DNA of 36,096 bases from Candidatus Woesearchaeota archaeon. Lineage in GTDB: Archaea; Nanobdellota; Nanobdellia; Pacearchaeales; GW2011-AR1. Where the stretch lies: positions 1-36,096 of the forward strand of contig CAZZNU010000002.1 in NCBI GenBank assembly GCA_964655925.1, written 5' to 3'. Position 1 is the first letter of the stretch. Each line of letters starts with the position of its first letter. The notes under the pieces were generated by a model, which was given only the letters and a program-made list of their open reading frames with translations, had not been told where the DNA came from and ran no database searches. This document shows positions 33,662 through 36,096 of this stretch, piece by piece. A program made the position numbers and the translations under genes.

Positions 33662-35024
33662 CTTTTATCACAGCAATTGGTTTTAATCTTGCTATTTTTT
33701 CAGTTAATTTTAATTCGTCTGAAACATTTATTACTTCATCTATATCTTTGTAAGCTTCTGGCGCTTCTTCAATTAATCCTTTGTCACTTTTTGACATTAT
33801 GTATATGTCTTTTTGTTTTAATTCCTTCTTTATATCAACTATATTTAATTTCCTATTTGCACTCTGCCTTCCTAATGTTCGCCCTGCTCCATGGGCACTA
33901 GTTTGAAAAGATAATTCTTCAGACTTTTCACCTCCTACCAAAACATACGATGAGGTTCCCATAGAGCCTGGGATAATTAGTACTTCTCCTTGTTTTGCTC
34001 TAGTTGCCCCTTTTCTATGGATGCATACTTTTTGACTTTTGCCGTCTATTATATGTTCTTCTATTTTGGCTATATTATGGCAAACATCACTAATTAACTC
34101 ACTTTTGTTTTCTGGAAAATATTTTTTTAATATTAATCTTATTTTATGCATTATTATTTGCCTATTAGCGAATGCAAAATTTACAGCACAATTCATAGAT
34201 TTCAAATATTCTTGACCTAGTTTTGACTTTATTTTTACATAAGAAAGTTGTCTATCATCCTTATTGGGATTTGTTTCTTCCATCTTTTTTATATAATCGG
34301 AAGCTATTTGGTGTCCTAACCCTCTAGAACCTGTATGAATCATTATGTACACATTATCTTTTTTTACACCTATCTTGTTTGCTATCTCTTCATTAAATAT
34401 TTTATCCACAACTTGAAACTCTATAAAGTGATTACCAGAACCTAGGGTCCCTAATTGAGGGAGTCCTCTTGCTTTTGCTCTTTGTGATATTAGCTTTGTA
34501 TCTGTATTTGCTACCATACCGTTCTCTTCACAATTTATCAGGTCGTCTTTTGTACCATAATTGTTTTTAACAGCTTCTAATGCCCCATTAATCATATATT
34601 TGTCTAGCTGTTCTATGGTTAGTCTTTTTTTGTTTTCGAATCCTACACCTGTTGGGATTTCATTATATATTTCCTCTAACACATCCTTTCTATACTTCAA
34701 AAATTCCTCTTTTGATATCTCAGTAGACATTAATCTAACCCCACAATTTATATCAAACCCCACACCTCCAGGGCATATTACCCCTTCTTCTAAATCGAAG
34801 GCAGCTACGCCACCTATACAAAAGCCATATCCCTGATGCATATCTGGCATTGCTAATGAATGTTTTATAATTCCTGGAAGTTTTGCTACATTTACAACTT
34901 GTTTTAGGACATCGGTGTTCTTCTCGTCAAATAAATTTTCAGAAATATAAATTATTCCCGGTACTAGCATTTCGCCTTCTTTTTCAATTTGATAGATATA
35001 TCTTTTTAATTTTGTTATTTTCAT
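33657..35024 (-). CDS. rtcB: RNA-splicing ligase RtcB
   Basis: 455 aa. GGVGFDINCG, HTGSRGLGHQ, catalytic His region SAHGAGR, and AYKDIDEV near the C-terminus. No intein. Confidence 0.95.
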   Translation of the reverse strand: MKITKLKRYIYQIEKEGEMLVPGIIYISENLFDEKNTDVLKQVVNVAKLPGIIKHSLAMPDMHQGYGFCIGGVAAFDLEEGVICPGGVGFDINCGVRLMSTEISKEEFLKYRKDVLEEIYNEIPTGVGFENKKRLTIEQLDKYMINGALEAVKNNYGTKDDLINCEENGMVANTDTKLISQRAKARGLPQLGTLGSGNHFIEFQVVDKIFNEEIANKIGVKKDNVYIMIHTGSRGLGHQIASDYIKKMEETNPNKDDRQLSYVKIKSKLGQEYLKSMNCAVNFAFANRQIIMHKIRLILKKYFPENKSELISDVCHNIAKIEEHIIDGKSQKVCIHRKGATRAKQGEVLIIPGSMGTSSYVLVGGEKSEELSFQTSAHGAGRTLGRQSANRKLNIVDIKKELKQKDIYIMSKSDKGLIEEAPEAYKDIDEVINVSDELKLTEKIARLKPIAVIKG

Positions 35025-35052
35025 AATGTATGAGCAATTATCTCACGCTACT

Positions 35053-35304
35053 TTACTCGGAAAAATATTTTTTAATTACTAATATCCCTACAACCGAGAT
35101 TAGTGTTACGAAAAGCGCTGTTACTAAAGAGCCTTGGATTTTCATGTGAGATGTTATGTAATTTATAAATTCTGAAATTGCATCCCTCCAAGCTAGTGCA
35201 ATTAAAAATGCAAAAGCTGTAAGTATAGCTGCGGTTGTTTCTTTTTTGACACTATGAATATATTCTTTAGAACTATTTTTTACAACATTTTTTTTCTTCT
35301 TCAT
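35053..35304 (-). CDS. Small membrane protein (two TM helices)
   Basis: 83 aa. Basic N-terminus, then TAAILTAFAFLIALAWRDAISEFI and LVTALFVTLISVVGILVI. Family uncertain. Confidence 0.55.
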   Translation of the reverse strand: MKKKKNVVKNSSKEYIHSVKKETTAAILTAFAFLIALAWRDAISEFINYITSHMKIQGSLVTALFVTLISVVGILVIKKYFSE

Positions 35305-35336
35305 GATTATAAATATAATTACTATTATTTAAGTCT

Positions 35337-35939
35337 TCACATTCTTTCTAACAAGCTAATCCTCTTTTCAATTGGAGGATGTGTTTGAAAAAGGGCATAA
35401 CTTTTGTTTGGCTTAGAGAGAAAAAGTGGAGCCACTGAAGATGGTATCTTTGAACTGCTTAAATTATCTTTTTCTATTTTTCTCAATGCCCCAACTAAAC
35501 CTGTTGGGCTTCTAACGAACTTCACTGCAGATGAATCTGCCAAATATTCTCTTTTCCTTGATATTGCTAGTTGAACTAAAACAACTAACATTGGTGAAAC
35601 TATTGCTAAAACTAATGCTATTACAAAAAAGATAATATTTTTATTACTAGAATCATTCCTTGAGTTAAACCATAAACTCCTTAAAAACATTTCAGAAAAT
35701 ATTGAGATTAAACCTACTAATACCACAACTAACCCCATAAACCTGATATCATAGTTTGCGATATGGCTCATCTCATGAGCTACTACTCCCTCCAGTTCTT
35801 GTTTGTTTAATTTTTCTAGTGCACCTGTCGTTAGACAAATTAATGCTTCTTTAGGATTCTTCCCTGCTGCAAATGCATTTATTTGATTATCTTGCATTAT
35901 GTATAATTTCGGTTTAGGTACTCCAGAAGCTATTGACAT
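35337..35939 (-). CDS. htpX: HtpX-family (M48) membrane zinc protease; 5' boundary unresolved
   Basis: HEMSHI zinc motif, NAFAAGKNP, EYLADSSAV and QTHPPIEKRI. Homology continues upstream of the ATG at 35939 in the same frame, as far as an in-frame TAA at 36081-36083. Confidence 0.85.
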   Translation of the reverse strand: MSIASGVPKPKLYIMQDNQINAFAAGKNPKEALICLTTGALEKLNKQELEGVVAHEMSHIANYDIRFMGLVVVLVGLISIFSEMFLRSLWFNSRNDSSNKNIIFFVIALVLAIVSPMLVVLVQLAISRKREYLADSSAVKFVRSPTGLVGALRKIEKDNLSSSKIPSSVAPLFLSKPNKSYALFQTHPPIEKRISLLERM

Positions 35940-36096
35940 GCCTTCTACTAAATCATGATATTCTTTATATTTAGTTTCTGAAGCTATTTTTGCATTTACG
36001 GAACGTATAATTATCTGATTAGAACTTCTAAGAGATAAAAGAATGTATATTGTAGATATTATTATTCCTACTATTAATATTTAGAAAAAATACTCC

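Noticed and set aside
33241-34836. Plus-strand ORFs 33241..33471, 33677..33901 and 34561..34836
   Set aside because: They are antisense to the receptor-like gene and rtcB, and have no motifs.

Overview
Very AT-rich (about 30% G+C by eye), densely packed archaeal chromosome segment. Archaeal markers are L40e, Kae1, Cdc48/VCP, Taw1/TYW1, RtcB and a type-2 MetAP. The compaction, with overlapping or abutting genes and apparently leaderless promoters, suggests a small-genome DPANN-like lineage; that is inference only. Most genes are housekeeping: a sufB-sufU-sufC operon divergent from iscS, ppdK, tRNA-Glu(UUC), rpl40e (missing from the ORF track), bacterial-type mutS-mutL, a P2-type cation ATPase, map, an endonuclease IV-like gene, kae1, cdc48, taw1, an M50 site-2 protease, rtcB and htpX. 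Three things stand out. (1) Head-to-tail 7-bp GTNNAC(Y) arrays fill four intergenic gaps (7700-7748, 17434-17475, 22953-23043, 33599-33661). Three of them sit just upstream of TATA-like boxes. Two of them, in inverted orientation, bracket item 2. (2) A 5.4-kb gene encodes an 1812-aa secreted tail-fibre/adhesin-like protein that contains near-identical intragenic DNA repeats. (3) Several unusual architectures: a membrane receptor with a degenerate nucleotide-cyclase-like cytoplasmic domain, a coiled-coil protein with 11 CxxC motifs, a Zn-ribbon-AbrB protein overlapping the cdc48 start, an ATP-cone/PD-(D/E)xK/HhH protein, and a membrane protein with duplicated HxxH helices. I found no CRISPR array, transposase, integrase or recognisable defence operon. 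All homology calls come from reading motifs by eye, not from database searches.
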